Origin: Azolla caroliniana
Taxonomy: Eukaryota > Plantae > Polypodiophyta
NCBI GenBank assembly: GCA_043228905.1
Contig: JBHGNT010000014.1
Location: forward strand, 11,036,001 to 11,100,000
Reading direction: 5' to 3'
DNA: 64,000 nt
Of this stretch, positions 9,519 through 22,600 are shown piece by piece (position 1 is the stretch's first letter; the number at the start of each line of letters is the position of its first letter). The translations under genes and the position numbers were made by a program. The notes beneath the pieces were generated by a model. That model did not search any database and was not told the DNA's origin. It saw only the letters and a list, made by a program, of their open reading frames with translations.

Positions 9519-12500
9519 TTGAGCAAACTGTCCTTAAAGTTGAGTGAAAATTCTTTGTTTTCTATTGAGCCTATTATATTATCTGATACCTCCTTATTCT
9601 CAATCGAGGAATATAGGCATGTTAATAATAAAAGGTGCCATGTTAAGACCAACGACAATCAAGAGCAAAGCTCGGCATCAATTTTTTTGTTAGAGCCATT
9701 AAACTTAGGTAAAACAAGATATATTAAAGTAGATACAACTTATGTCGAGTCCAGTTTATCGAATGCTAACGAAGACTGTGTCAATAAGCCTCTAAATTTT
9801 CAAAGTGTTCCTCGACAAGTGAGTGTTAAACGATATACGTTTTTGTGTTCGGATCGACAAATTTCAATTGACATATGCAAGGTATGTTGTGGGAGCCTTT
9901 GTCTATCAAAATTTGGAAAGGAAAACTTATTGGGGTTGCGACAAAAGCATTTGTCTCTCAATGGCGACAAACAAGATACATTCTTGATTGCCAATATGCA
10001 ACTTGTTAAGGACCATCTGGCAGTGTCATGTTCTCAACAGGTGGAATATTACCTTTCACTTACTACGAAGAGTTGTCGAGTTGCTTTTAAAATTGCTTAC
10101 AACATCAGAACATGAGGCTACAGAGAATTCAACATCGATTACTGAAGGGGTGGTGGGTCCCTTTCAACAATACAGAATTTTCATGTAAGGGTCTGATTGG
10201 GCGACATGCTGTTAGATGGATGGAGATTTATTTCTCGAAGCAATGTGATGTTATGCCCACCACTAGAAGGTTACATTTGTCAGATAACGTCACTCGTCGT
10301 GAGGTATACCAAGCCTATACGGATGACATGTTATTGGAAAGTGTACCTTATATACAATATCGGCATTTTAATCATTTATGGAGATTGAAGTTTAACAATG
10401 TGGTCATACCTCGCAAGGTCCGGATGGGTGTTTGTTCGAACTTTATTGAGAGAGCATCGAGAAACCCAAGCGTTGGAAAGATCTAAAGCTATGCACCATC
10501 GTCAAAAAGCGCTTCAATTGCCAGAAAGATACATGTGCTTGATTATAGATGGGATGGATCAGAAGAAAACTTGTTTGCCACGTTTTCGAAGGTTGCCCAA
10601 GGATATTGGAGATGAATGCCTAGTGCAGATGCACTTAGTAGGACGTCTTTTGTATTGTCAGACAATAAGGCCTCAAGTGTTCTTAACTTCTCCAAATATC
10701 CACAATGACCCTAATCTTACAGTTACAGTCATGCAAAGAGTTTTACAGAGTTGGCAAGGTTTACTCCCACCAGTACTATACGTGCATCTTGACAACACGG
10801 CGAGAGAAAACAAGAACTCAACTGTGTTTGGTTACCTGAGTATGTTAGTAGACAAGGGTATTTAAAAAAATATTAAGGCAAACTTCTTGCTAGTTGGTCA
10901 TACACATGATCACATAGATCAAATGTTTAGTAGGTTCTCCAAGAAATTAGCGAGGTGCGATGCTTTCTCACTTCCTGTGCTATCAAGGTTGATCGTTGAA
11001 GCTTATACTCCCAAGCCAGATGAAGTATATGATTTCAAGCGCTTTTGTTTGGATGGTGATGGGACTCGATGTAGGGTTCTTGCTCCGCTTAATAATATAA
11101 GTTTTAACCACGTCTTCCTCATCCAAAAAAGTGTGGACAGTCACAACCAAACCATGTTGATAATCATCTAGTTCGCCATGGGAGCCACAAGAAGGATGTA
11201 GGCTCTTATTGCATTTCCCAGATGCAATAATCGATGGTGCTGAGCAAATGCCCTATGACGACCATAAAAGATTGGATGTTGGTAGTTTAATTGAAGAGCA
11301 AAAAATATATTGGATGTAGTGCCTTTGAGGAAAAACAGAAAAATATTGAGCGAACCAAAAAGTACGCTGGTGATCAGGATGTGGATTGGTGGGATGTCTT
11401 CTTTAATCATCAACATACAATATTAGATAACCACTTTACAGGGTACTGGCCACTACAAACTCAATTCGAATGGGCGCTTGGTGGCCCATCAATGGCAAGT
11501 AGGACTCCTTTACAACCACTAGATAATCTTGAATTGAATAATCTAGTTTCTCCACGACAACGATATATTTACCTGGGACCAAGATTATCACATGCTGCAG
11601 TGGTGAGGTGGCAAGGCAATCTACATGAGCTACAAGTTGGTATGTTGGTTGCAACATTAGTTGGGGGTGATAAGTTGGGTCATCCCTATTGGATTGCCAA
11701 AATCATTGAAATTATTAAGGATGATGAAGGCAATCAAGTAAAGTCTATTATTGTATGAGGCAGATGATGCTCTAGAGGCTAAGACTATCATCAACAGGCA
11801 TCTAATATCCGTCTCGCCTTTTCAGCAGCCTCGAAAGCAAATGCGTGCAGCCCAAGTATGGAAAACAGTATCCACGGTTTCATTATGGACCTTATGGAAG
11901 TATCGATGTAAAAGACAATATAATTCCATAGTTCCCCTTCTCTTAGATATATTGCTAGAATTATGGGACAACTTACTGGTGGTAGTGCGTGGGCAATATG
12001 ACAATATGTCGGGCCCTTCGGAGGTTGTTCTTAAGAAAAGGAAAAAATTATTGCAATTATGGAGGAAGTTGCCTCTATTCACGATCTCCTCTCAAGGACC
12101 AATCTGGAAATATCATCATCCTTGGCCCTTCCCCTAATTATCCTTTTTGTATATAATACTCTCTAAATTGTACAGTTTGTAGCCTTATGGCGTTTTTTCT
12201 TAATACTAATGAAGGAAATCTTTTTGGAAAAGAAAAGAAAAAAAAAGGAAAAAAAGAAAAGTCTATTATGGTTCATTGGTATCATACCTCTTCCAAAGAT
12301 GCAATTACTGGGAAGTACTCTTTAGAGATGGTTAAGGATGTCGAATGCACAAGCAGAAAGCGAAGAAGAAAGAATCTACCAAGCACGTCTACTCTAGCAC
12401 TTGATAATGTCGACATACTCGTGTATGACTTCTCCTTGACCAAAACAGGCCACTAAGTCAGGTTACAATCAAGGTAATAAAAGAGAAGATCCCAGATGTG

Positions 12501-12700
12501 CCTGTTGACGCAACATAGAGACGAACAAGGAGTATGTCTCATAATCACGGTGACGTTGGATTGCAATTGGATGAAGACAATGCAGTGGTTGCTAGTGATG
12601 ATGAGGATGAGACCTCACAAAGCTCTTCTAGTTCATCGGGTGGGTCTGAAGGGGAATGGGTATATCTGGGAAGTGATGGATCTCATATATGAAATGTAAA
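9519..12700 (+). pseudogene. Decayed DDD-type DNA transposase (Sola-like / DUF7869-type), frameshifted and interrupted by an L1
   Basis: Motifs CLIIDGMDQKKT, LYVHLDNTARENKN and FLLVGHTHDHIDQMFS are spread over frameshifted ORFs, with Cys-rich N-terminal segments and an acidic C-terminal tail. Confidence 0.75.
11752..12257 (+). mobile_element. 5'-truncated L1-type LINE fragment with A-rich tail
   Basis: 12-bp TSD AAAGTCTATTAT at 11740-11751 and 12258-12269, A-rich tail ~12227-12257, and an L1 ORF2 C-terminal-like motif SLWTLWKYRC. The host frame KSI(M)V-HWY is restored on removal. Confidence 0.85.
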
Positions 12701-12901
12701 TATTGTATGTTACATCAATATGGTGATTCACAAATATGTATAAATATACATGTTAGTCATTTTGTAATTTTTGTATGTTCTCTTGTAAATTTCACGTGTC
12801 GATTATTAGGGGCATTTTTTGAAAGTCCTAAATTTTTGGACATGGTATAAATCAATATATTTTGATTCAATTTCCAAAACCCTTTACGCATGCGATGGTC
12901 C

Positions 12902-14025
12902 TTTTTGTGCATATTGATGTCCGGATTGACCCATGCCTCTACGCTAGACCACCGAGGCAAATCTGCACCATCTCATCTTTGTCCACCATCACATTGATGG
13001 ACCGTAGTGCATCGCAGATCTTTTTTATGTTCATGGTGTAGTCAATGACCAACATGTACCTTTGCCGGATGTTATTGAGCTCTTGTTGGAGCAGCAACTT
13101 CCGGGCCGTGGTACTAGTGGCGAAAAGTTTTTCGAGATTTTCCCAGGCTTCCTTTGGCATTTTTGCATCTCTGATGTATCCGAGCATCTGGTCATGCACA
13201 CAAGACATGAGGCAGTACAACACTCTACTCGCTCCTTGTTCCTATACCAGGAAATCCTTGTGTGCCGGCTCCGACACTACCTCGTTCACTCCTACGTAAC
13301 TCTAGTAACCGTGCCCCAACAGGTACTGGTGCATCTTGTAAGACCAAGATGCATAGTTTCTCCCATCAAGCTTTTCTATAGGAAGCAACAAGCTTGTCAT
13401 GCTTTTGTCCATTTTTCTTCTTCCTTTTCTGTTCATTACCAGAAGCTAGGTTTTAGTCTATCTATGCACTTTCTGTCAGCAACAGAGGATTCTCAACCAT
13501 CGCACTCTAATACCATGTAAAAATTAGTGTGCAGAAGCTCATAGACACAACTGGCTCAACCGAATAGCAACAGAAAGTATATGTAGGTTTAATGGAAAGC
13601 TTGAAACATTGAGAGAACGCGGGAGAGACAGAGAGAGAGCAAAACACAGAAAACTATATTCAAAATAACACTCAATACTCTATAAACACTCTGTACATAC
13701 AATGTGCTATGTGAGCACTATTTATACACATCCATATAGGACAGACAAAAGTACTGACAAGTACTTCAATGCTCATGACTGAGCTATGACACAAGCTCCC
13801 AAAAATATGTCTATCTAACAAGTTGCTTCTAACGGCCTACCAGTTACAGATTGTTCCATCTGGCTCCCTATTCCAGACACCGATCTATCCCTTAGTTTCG
13901 GATGCTGATCTAGCTCTTGGTCCCGGATACCGATCCGGACAAGGATCCGGTTCTTCGTTCCGGATTACGATCTGGCTCTGGCTTATTCATCCAATCTGGA
14001 TCATGTTGAATTTGTCCGCTCAACA
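12902..14025 (-). mobile_element. Ty1/copia (family B), 5' fragment: LTR 13516-14025, PBS and partial gag
   Basis: LTR TGTTGAG...TTACA, PBS TGGTATTAGAGTGCG (13501-13515, iMet-like), UBN2-type gag KEAWENLEKLFA...TARKL. The LTR is homologous to those at 38007 and 49805. Confidence 0.85.
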
Positions 14026-15301
14026 CAAACAAAGAAGTATATTAGTAGACCCTTGTTTCCTTAGTTTCTGAAATGAAGACATACAAAGATGAGAACTTGA
14101 AATAACCTAGTGCCTCTACCTTTTATACAATAGGTCTCTCTCTTCCTTGCATACTTAGCATATCTTGCATATGAAAAAAACATTCGTTAGACCAAATAAC
14201 ATGCATCGATTAGCAAAGCAATTCCATGGCATGATAAAGCCAATCTTTCTTTGAACTTCCTCTACAATTTCGAATTGAAAAATACTTGAATAGGGATCAC
14301 AAATGGAGTACATTGCATGTTGACTATTTCATCTAGTATTATGTCTTATAAAAGATGAGAAAAGTGATCCCTCTTGGTCGTGGCATTCAGAGATTTGAAG
14401 TCGACATAGAATTTCTACTTTCCAATATCTATAGTACTACAACAATAGATGAAACCCATTCCAAATCCTTTAGAAGGTGGATCAATTACTAGTGCACCAT
14501 ACACATTTGTGGATAAAGTTTTCTTTCTGACCTTGCTTAGGCTTTTGTTGACTCGACCTTTCAACCTTGTCCAACTTGGGGAACCTCACTATAGATACTT
14601 CATGGCTTTGGTTAGTTCTTCAAGTGGTGATTCTTAACTCTTGTTTTTTTTTTTATCCTCTCACTTGAGTAGTCGATTCCTTGCTAGACGATCTGTCACA
14701 AAAATCTCCCTAAACGTCTCCGCATCGTCCTCAATCCTCAATTCCCTCGTTGTAGATTGTAGTTACATACGACAAGCTTTGCCAAGAACTCATTTTACTT
14801 CTTTTCAAATTCTCTTGGTTATTTTGATATCAAGAGAACGTTCCTTTATTAGCTCAATTGAGAAAACTCTTCCTCCTAATTCTAGTATGGTTGTCAAGCA
14901 TATACTCATCTAACAATGCTTAATGAAACCCAATCTAGATAATTTATTTTGAATTTTTTGAATTTTTTCTACCTTAAATGTCTAGAGTCACCACTCAATT
15001 GAAGTGAGCCACTATGTGTAGCCTAGTTGCACCTTTATTGGCTATTTTATTCTCATAGACCTCTTGGAATCTCGTGTTGCCTTCATAGTTGAATTGACAA
15101 ATCTTCTTAATAACTAATTGTACAAGAAGTGTCAACTTGTTTTCCAACCGACTAGGTACAATTTGCTCTTCTATCATTCACCCTATCATGATAATTGTGT
15201 TATGGACTTTTGTAAAAGAATATGAGCGAAAGCATATGCGAAAGACACAGAGTACACGCTTGGATCCAGGAATATCAACAGTTAGGTATACATATAGCGA
15301 G

Positions 15302-16657
15302 AGATAGATAGATAGATAGATAGATTATATTATTGTCTTCGGGGGTCAAATATGACCCATGAGACCAAAAATATTACATTTCACGTGATAGGTGAGTAGC
15401 GACTCTCGATGTTCAAGAACTTTACCAATGAATGTTGCAATCGAGACTGCACATTGTGGTTGTGAGAGAAATTCGTGAAAGTATTGGGCTCAGTTGAGGA
15501 GATGTGGGAAGCATGGTCAAATATGATCAAAGGCAGAGCATTGTATCAAAGTGTGATACTCAAACTCTCGAACTTGTTTAGGGAAAAGTGTGCATAGCCA
15601 GCCACTCTCATCACTTTTGAGCTAAGTCTCACATCGCAATGCATGTGAGCTTAGTCACAGGGAAGCAATGGTTCGAATGACAGATAACAAGATGGGCTCT
15701 AACATGTATCGATGTGTATGGTTTCCCCGTTCCACGAAGAATATGGTTTTGTGGTTAGGTGCAACATGTGTAGTATAATGTGTGAAGCGTGAGCCTCCAC
15801 ATTTGTCCCATTTCATGATACATCGACATTGCAAATAGGCCTCATTTACTAAGGAATCTAGTGATGCATCATGAAACAAGTGTCTTGCATCCCATCTACA
15901 AAACCATTTTTCTATATCTTGCATCCAACTGGAACACAATGCATCTTTTGGATCTTTTTGTTTGCTTCCCATGCAATTCAAGGAAGTCAATGTGAGGGAC
16001 TAAATTTTTGAACCTTAAGCATGTATTCAACAACCCTTTCCATGGCCGTGATCTCAATGGGAAGTGATCCCGTCTCAAGGAGCAAGATGGTGTAGGGTGT
16101 TTGTTTCTTAACTTGTAGAAACTTTGTAAGAAATATTTTTGGACATTTTCAAACTCTTTCCACTTAGATTTAGGGATGCTACCGCCCCATACTTCCACCC
16201 CATAGAGAAGAACCGATGTCACCAAATTGTCAAAAAGATATTTCTTGAGGACCCAACTCTTAATATCTCCAAGATTCATGTGTTCTCAAATGCATAGTAT
16301 GCTCTCTTTCTCGCCTCTAAGTGGCGTGTAGCACATTCATTCCATTTATGATTTGAAGGAACTTCAAGGCCAAGATATTTGAAGCTTTCGACACATTCAA
16401 GTGGCTTGTTATTGTACATAATGCATGGTTTATCTCTTCTTTGGCTCTTCAGAGACATACTCTTTGTTTTAGAATGATTGACACTTAATTTAGTATGCAT
16501 GCAAATTTTTTCCAATGCCTTCATAAGTGTTTGTGCATCTCCTAAAGGATTTGCAAAAAGCACTACATCTGCATATAGCAAAAGCATAATCACAACATTC
16601 CCAATGGCAACTTCTTCAACACGTGCTTCCTTTACAAACTTGGTAACCATTTCTTCC
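15302..16657 (-). mobile_element. RTE/RTEX-like LINE, 3' part with (TATC)n tail
   Basis: LLLYAD, VNHSKTK, VESFKYLG, VLLYGVEVWG, C-terminal C..C..E.H..C knuckle, microsatellite tail 15302-15324. Cut at 16657 by an LTR. Confidence 0.82.
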
Positions 16658-19600
16658 TGTTATTCGTGGGGCAAAGGGCACGAGGTGTGAAACAAATCTA
16701 AAGACACGTGTAGGTCAAGTAGGTAAAAAGGGAATAGGCCAAGCACTCATAGCTGAGGAAGGAGAACGAAATACATGCAACCGAGAATAAAGGTCGTAAA
16801 ATTAGGAAGAAGTAGCTGGAGCACAGAGGCTATATAAATCGTGGAATAGCATAAGGAAAAAGGGGAATGAATATATGCATATGCTATGTTATAGAAGGAA
16901 GAAGAAAGTAACTAATATAATCAACATGTGTGATGTGTAATCGATTTTATCCAATAATCAATATACATACTTTGTATAGAAGCACACGGTAACATCCTTA
17001 ACTACCAGCAAAGAGCAGACAACCATGCCCGTGCACCTTGCCGAGCCGAAAGTAGGCCCGCCACTAAATAGACTCCCAGAATTCCGCTGTGAAGATAATT
17101 ATCAAAGGGTTTAAGGTTCACGGGCGCACTATCGATGGGGGATCGAGGGTCAATGCCAAAGACACCGGAGTTGAAAGGATTGGTCGAAAGAATGAACCAA
17201 ACTGTGATGGAGAGAGTCCGGAGCATGCTGGCACATGCAAAGTTTTCCATGACGTTTTGGGCCGAGGGGCTGATGATGGCGACCTATGTGATAAACAGAT
17301 CACCCTTAGCACCCTTGGACGAAGACACACCATAGAGAGTATGGACCGGTAAAGATGTGTCTTACTAGCATCTGAAGGTGTTTGACTGTCTCTCTTACGT
17401 ACATGTTGCAAAGGACAAGAGAGAAAAGTTGGATCCGAACTCCCGACCATGCATATTCCTTGGATATGGTGATGATGAGTTCGGCTACGGAGTTTGAGAC
17501 TTGGTCGACCTGAAGGTTTTCGGGAGTCGAGACATAGTCTTCATGGAAGACAAGACCAGCGCCAACTAGGAGTCGGAGAAGAAGATAGTGGATTCCCGGT
17601 TGACCGACAGAGATCAGTCAGAAGATACAATGACCCATCCAGTCGGATTCGGACAAGAAACCAAACCGATCGAAGAAGGAAAATAGGACAACGGAACCGG
17701 ACAAGCTCCCGAATCCGATTCGGATGAAGAACAAATAGAGGAACCGGTGGTTGAGAACCAAGGAAGAAGATACCCTCTAAGAGAGAAAAGGCCCCCCCCG
17801 GAGATTTCCGGATGTAGAGCATGTGCTGTTGACTGACAAGGGGGGGTTGGAAAGCTTCGAAGAAGGAAAGAAAGACACCTTGAGCCGCAAGTGGTTAAGT
17901 GCCATGCAAAATGACCACAACTAGAAGTTGTGGGTCTCACCGCTGAAGACGAAGGACCTGGTATTTTTCTTCTTCAACGAATTCCACGTGAGGGTGGAAA
18001 GGGTAACCGACAGGAAGTTGAAGGTGGTTCGAGCGGACAACGGAGGAGAATAACGGGGGCAGTTTGAGGAGTACTGCTGATCAAAATGAATACGACTCGA
18101 ATTACTGTGCCAAAGACACCTGGGCTGAAAGGATTGGTCGAAAGAATGAACAAAGCTGTGATGGAGAGAGTTCGGAGCATGATGCCACATGCAAAGTTCT
18201 CGACGACATTTTGGGTTGAGGGGTTGATGACAACGACCTATGTGATAAACAGATCACCCTTAGCACCCTTGGACGAAGACACACCATAGAGAGTATGGAC
18301 CGGTAAAGATGTGTCTTGCTGGCATTTGAAGGTGTTCGGTTGTATCGCTTACATACATGTTGGAAAGGACAACAGAGCAAAGTTGGATCCGAACTCCCGA
18401 CCATGCATATTCCTTGGATATGGTGATGACAAGTTCGGCTACGGGGTTTGAGACTTGGTTGACAAGAAGGTTTTCCTGCGTCGAGACATAGTCTTCATGG
18501 AAGACAAGCCTAGCGCCGACTAGGAGTTGGAGAAGAAGATAGTGGATTCCGGGTCGACCGATAGAGATCAGTCGGAAGATACAAGGACCCATCCGGCCGG
18601 AAGATGGATGACACTCAGGCAGATTCGGACAAGAAACCAAACCGATCGAAGAAGAAAACTAGGACATCGGAACCGGACAAGATCCCGAATCCGATTCGGA
18701 TGAAGGACAAACAGCGGAATCGGTGGTTGAGAACCAAGGAAGAAGATACCCTCTAAGAGAGAAAAGGCACCCCCCCTCCCCCCCCCCCCCCCCCTCTCCC
18801 CCGGAGATTTCCGAAAGACATTGAGAGCCGCAAGTGGTTGCAAGACGAGATGGATTCCATGCATGGGAACCACACATATGAATTGACGGGGCTTCCGGAG
18901 GAAAGAGAGCGCTCCGGAACAAGTGGGTGGTTGAAACTGGGAGACCCCGGAAATCCATCGAGGTACAAAGCCCACATTTTGGTGAAGCGGTTCCGAGGAA
19001 GAGAGGAGTGGACTTCGACGAGATCTTTGCCCCGGAAGTGAAGATGACATCTATTCGGACGATGTTGAGCATAGCGGCAAGCATGGACCTCGAGGTAGAG
19101 CAACTAGACGTCAAGACAATGTTCCTACATGGCGATCTCGAAGAAGAGATCTCCATGCAACAGCTGGAAGGTTTTGTCAAGAAAGAGAAGGAGAACCTAG
19201 TGTGTCAGTTGAGGAAGAGCTTATATGGACTAAAGCAAGCTCCTCGACTATGGTACTAGAAGTTTGACTCCTTCATGATTGACCAAGGATACTACAAGCC
19301 GTAGACCGACCAATGTGCGTTCGTGAAGAATTTCGACAGAGGTGACTTCCTTATACTCTTGCTGTATGTGGACGACATGCTGATCATCAGACCAGACCGA
19401 ACCAAAATCGGAAATATGAAGAAGTCCTTGAACCAGACCTTCTAAATGAAAGACCTAGGTCCGGCGAGACAGATCCTAGGGATGCACATAATCTGGGGCC
19501 ATACGAAGAATTTGTTGTGGTTGTCACAAGAGAAGTACGTGACAAAGGTGCTTCAGAGGTTCAACATGTCGGATGTGAAGCTGGTCAAGTTAACACTTCC

Positions 19601-22600
19601 GGCAAACTGCAAATTGTTTGGGAAGCAGAGCCCAAAGACAAAGGCAGAGAAGTCGGAGATGATGAAGATACCATACGCCTTTGTCATCAGAAGCTTGATG
19701 TACGCAATGGTGTATACCCGGCTGGATATCGAATATGCTATCGGAGTGGTCAACCGGTTTATGAGCAATCCGGGAAAGGAACATTGGGATGCTGTCAAGT
19801 GGATACTCCGGTACTTGAAAGACACCTCGAGTATGTGCCCCCGATTGGACTCCGGTAAACCCCCTTTTAGAGGGCTACACCGATTCGAACCTGTCGGTTG
19901 ATGCAGATACCAGCCGGTCTACATCCGGATATGTCATGACATATGCACGAGGAGTTGTATCGTGGCAGTAGAGGCTACACAAGTCCGTTTCACTATCAAC
20001 AACGGAAGCGGAGTACATGGCAATCATGGAAACTGATAAGGAAGTAATATGGATGAGGGACTTCATCGGAGAGCTCAGGATCCGACAGGAGGAATTTCGG
20101 CTCTCTTGCGATAGTCAAAGTGCCATCCACCTCGCGAAGAATGTGGCCTACCATTCCCGGACCAAGCGCATCTAGAGGAGATATCACTGGCTCCGGGAAA
20201 AGGTAGAAGATAAAGAGTTCTTACTGATAAAGATCCATACAGAGGAGAACGGGTCAGACGTGTTGACCAAGGTGCTGTCAGCCGACAAGCTGGATGTGGG
20301 CCGGAGACGGATAGGAATGACATGACATTCCATACCGGAGTGAAGGGGGAGATTGGTGGGAAACAGGTCCCTCCGGATGGGTCCAGAAGGTATCCAGATA
20401 CCGGATCGGATGGATCTGGAAGGAGTCCAGCTAGATCCGGTATGAACCGGCACGTAGGAACATATTAGTAAATATGTTTAGACATGACCGTTGAGGTCAT
20501 ATTTGTAAATAACCCTAACATTATATGATTATAAATCTAACTAGGGCAACAATGTTCATAATGTTGTTATCATTGTAGTTATTGTTGTTCAAAGAGAGAG
20601 AGAGAGAGACGAAGATAGAGAGAGACAGAGAGAGAAACATAAAGTATTTTCTGTTGTAACCGCCGGTTAGCGAAGACATATAGGTCGAGGTCGTTGGCTC
20701 CAAGTCTCACATTGTATCCTTCCTCTCATAGTGATAGTTGGAGTCTGTGGGCTCTCGTGGGTTTTTCCCGATTAGGGTTTTCCACATTAAACATCTTGTG
20801 TTGTCTTATTCCTATTTTCTGTTTTCTTCCATCGAGTGGTTAAGACTCCGTTGTGGCCGAGCACTATTCCGTACAATGAGATTAACCTCGACACCACCAC
20901 CAATTCACGAACACTGAAAATAGTAAAAGAAATGGCTCCCGGTGAACGCTTGTCATTGGTCGGATTGCTCATGGAATATCAGCACTAGATCTGGATCTGA
21001 AACATGATGCACGACCTGTACAACAATGTCGCTACAAGATGAATCCCAATTATGCGGCAAAAGTGAAGGAGGAAATCCACAAACTCCTCAGGGTGGGGTT
21101 CATTGGACCAGTAAAAAGGGAAACATGGTTAAGCCATATCGTGTTCATACCCAAGAAAAACGGACAAATCAGGGTTTGCGTCGACTACCAGAAAGAAGAC
21201 AAAACAAGTATCAAATCTACACTTTTCGTCTGGCTTTCGGTTTGAGGTGGCCATGCCTATAGAATTCCAGGTACCGAGTCTATGAGTCCAAATCACCGAA
21301 TGACTTCCTAGAGGAATGACACGAACAATTATTGGAACTCAGAGAACATTGGATCGCTAGTTTGACCCAATTAGAACATGGCCAACGACAACAGAAAGCC
21401 TTCGTCAACCGCTATCGGAAAGGCTTAGAGAAATCATTCGAAATCGGGAAACCAGTCCTAGTTTTTCTAACTTGGCTCGGCTAGATGCTGGGGAAGCTCC
21501 GTTTTTAGTGGATAGAGCATTTTTGGATAATTGACAAATTTAATGCGACATTTCAGCTAGCCAACAACATCATGTTGAAATGGGTCAATGGGTTTCGGTT
21601 AAAATTGTATCTCAGTTAGAACCCCACCAAACCCTTTTGCCGGTAAGTAACATGACCACGATCGGTCCACGGTAGGTAAGACAGAGGATCTCGGGGGCTA
21701 ATCGCCTCAATCATGGTAATTACTCTACGTATCTCCCGAAGTTGTATACTATGTGAAGAAAAAAGAAAAAAGAAAAAAACAGAGACCCATTAAGCATTTA
21801 ACGAGGACGCACGACATACAAGAAAACAAAGTACAAACGGTTTTTTTGACGCGTGGTCTTTAAACCTATTTATGGCAGGCAAGATTCTGAATCTAGGCAC
21901 AAGGCCACATCTCGAGAACCAAGGCAAATACATAAAGTAGGGAACTAGAGGCATAAGAGTCACACATGCACAGACGCACATAACCTTCAAGCTCCCTAAC
22001 TCTCTCGCTCTCGCATCCCCTGCTTAGAAATTTTCAAGCTCTCTCACTCTCAGCCACACCACTCTCAAATCTCTTCTCACTCTTCATCTCCCGAGCCAAC
22101 CATGTTGCTTGAAGTTTCCAAGGAGCTCCGCACCTAGTTGAACAGGCACGGCCTGGGCGGATACCTCAAAGTCAGTAGCAAATAGGCCAAAACGGCTACC
22201 GAATTGCGGTGGGCTTCGGAAAACTTGAACAATGGCTGAAAGAAACCGGGAAAATAAACCCTTTGGCTCTTCCACCACCTGCTCCTAACCATGTGGATAT
22301 CACAACACATACCGAAGACACAACCAACTCGGTGCCGACCACCGAAACGGCCAAGGTATCTCCGACCAACTATGAAGAGGAGCTCGCAGCACAATCGGTG
22401 ATCCTGAGAAAGCAAAAGAGCGCTATGAAGTAGCCAAAGCAGAAGCCGATGAAATCTGGGAGCAGGAAACAAAACGCAAAGCCGAAATCCAAGAACGGCT
22501 CGATGCACAGACAACCAAGCTTCGAGAAACTGAAGAAAATGCCGAGCTGGCTCTTTGGTCAACAGACGAGGCTTCCGCAGCTAAAATACATGAGATTGAG

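Noticed and set aside
12407-12416. Third perfect ZDRE (ATGTCGACAT)
   Set aside because: It lies inside transposase coding sequence (DNVDI), 10 kb from the ZIP gene; probably chance.
8316-12901. AGGACC at both ends as TIRs of an intact DNA transposon
   Set aside because: Only a 6-bp match, and the two flanks belong to different retroelements, so no TSD can be verified.
14030-15200. Possible host gene or gag remnant on the minus strand
   Set aside because: Only short stop-riddled frames with faint gag-like W motifs; not assignable.
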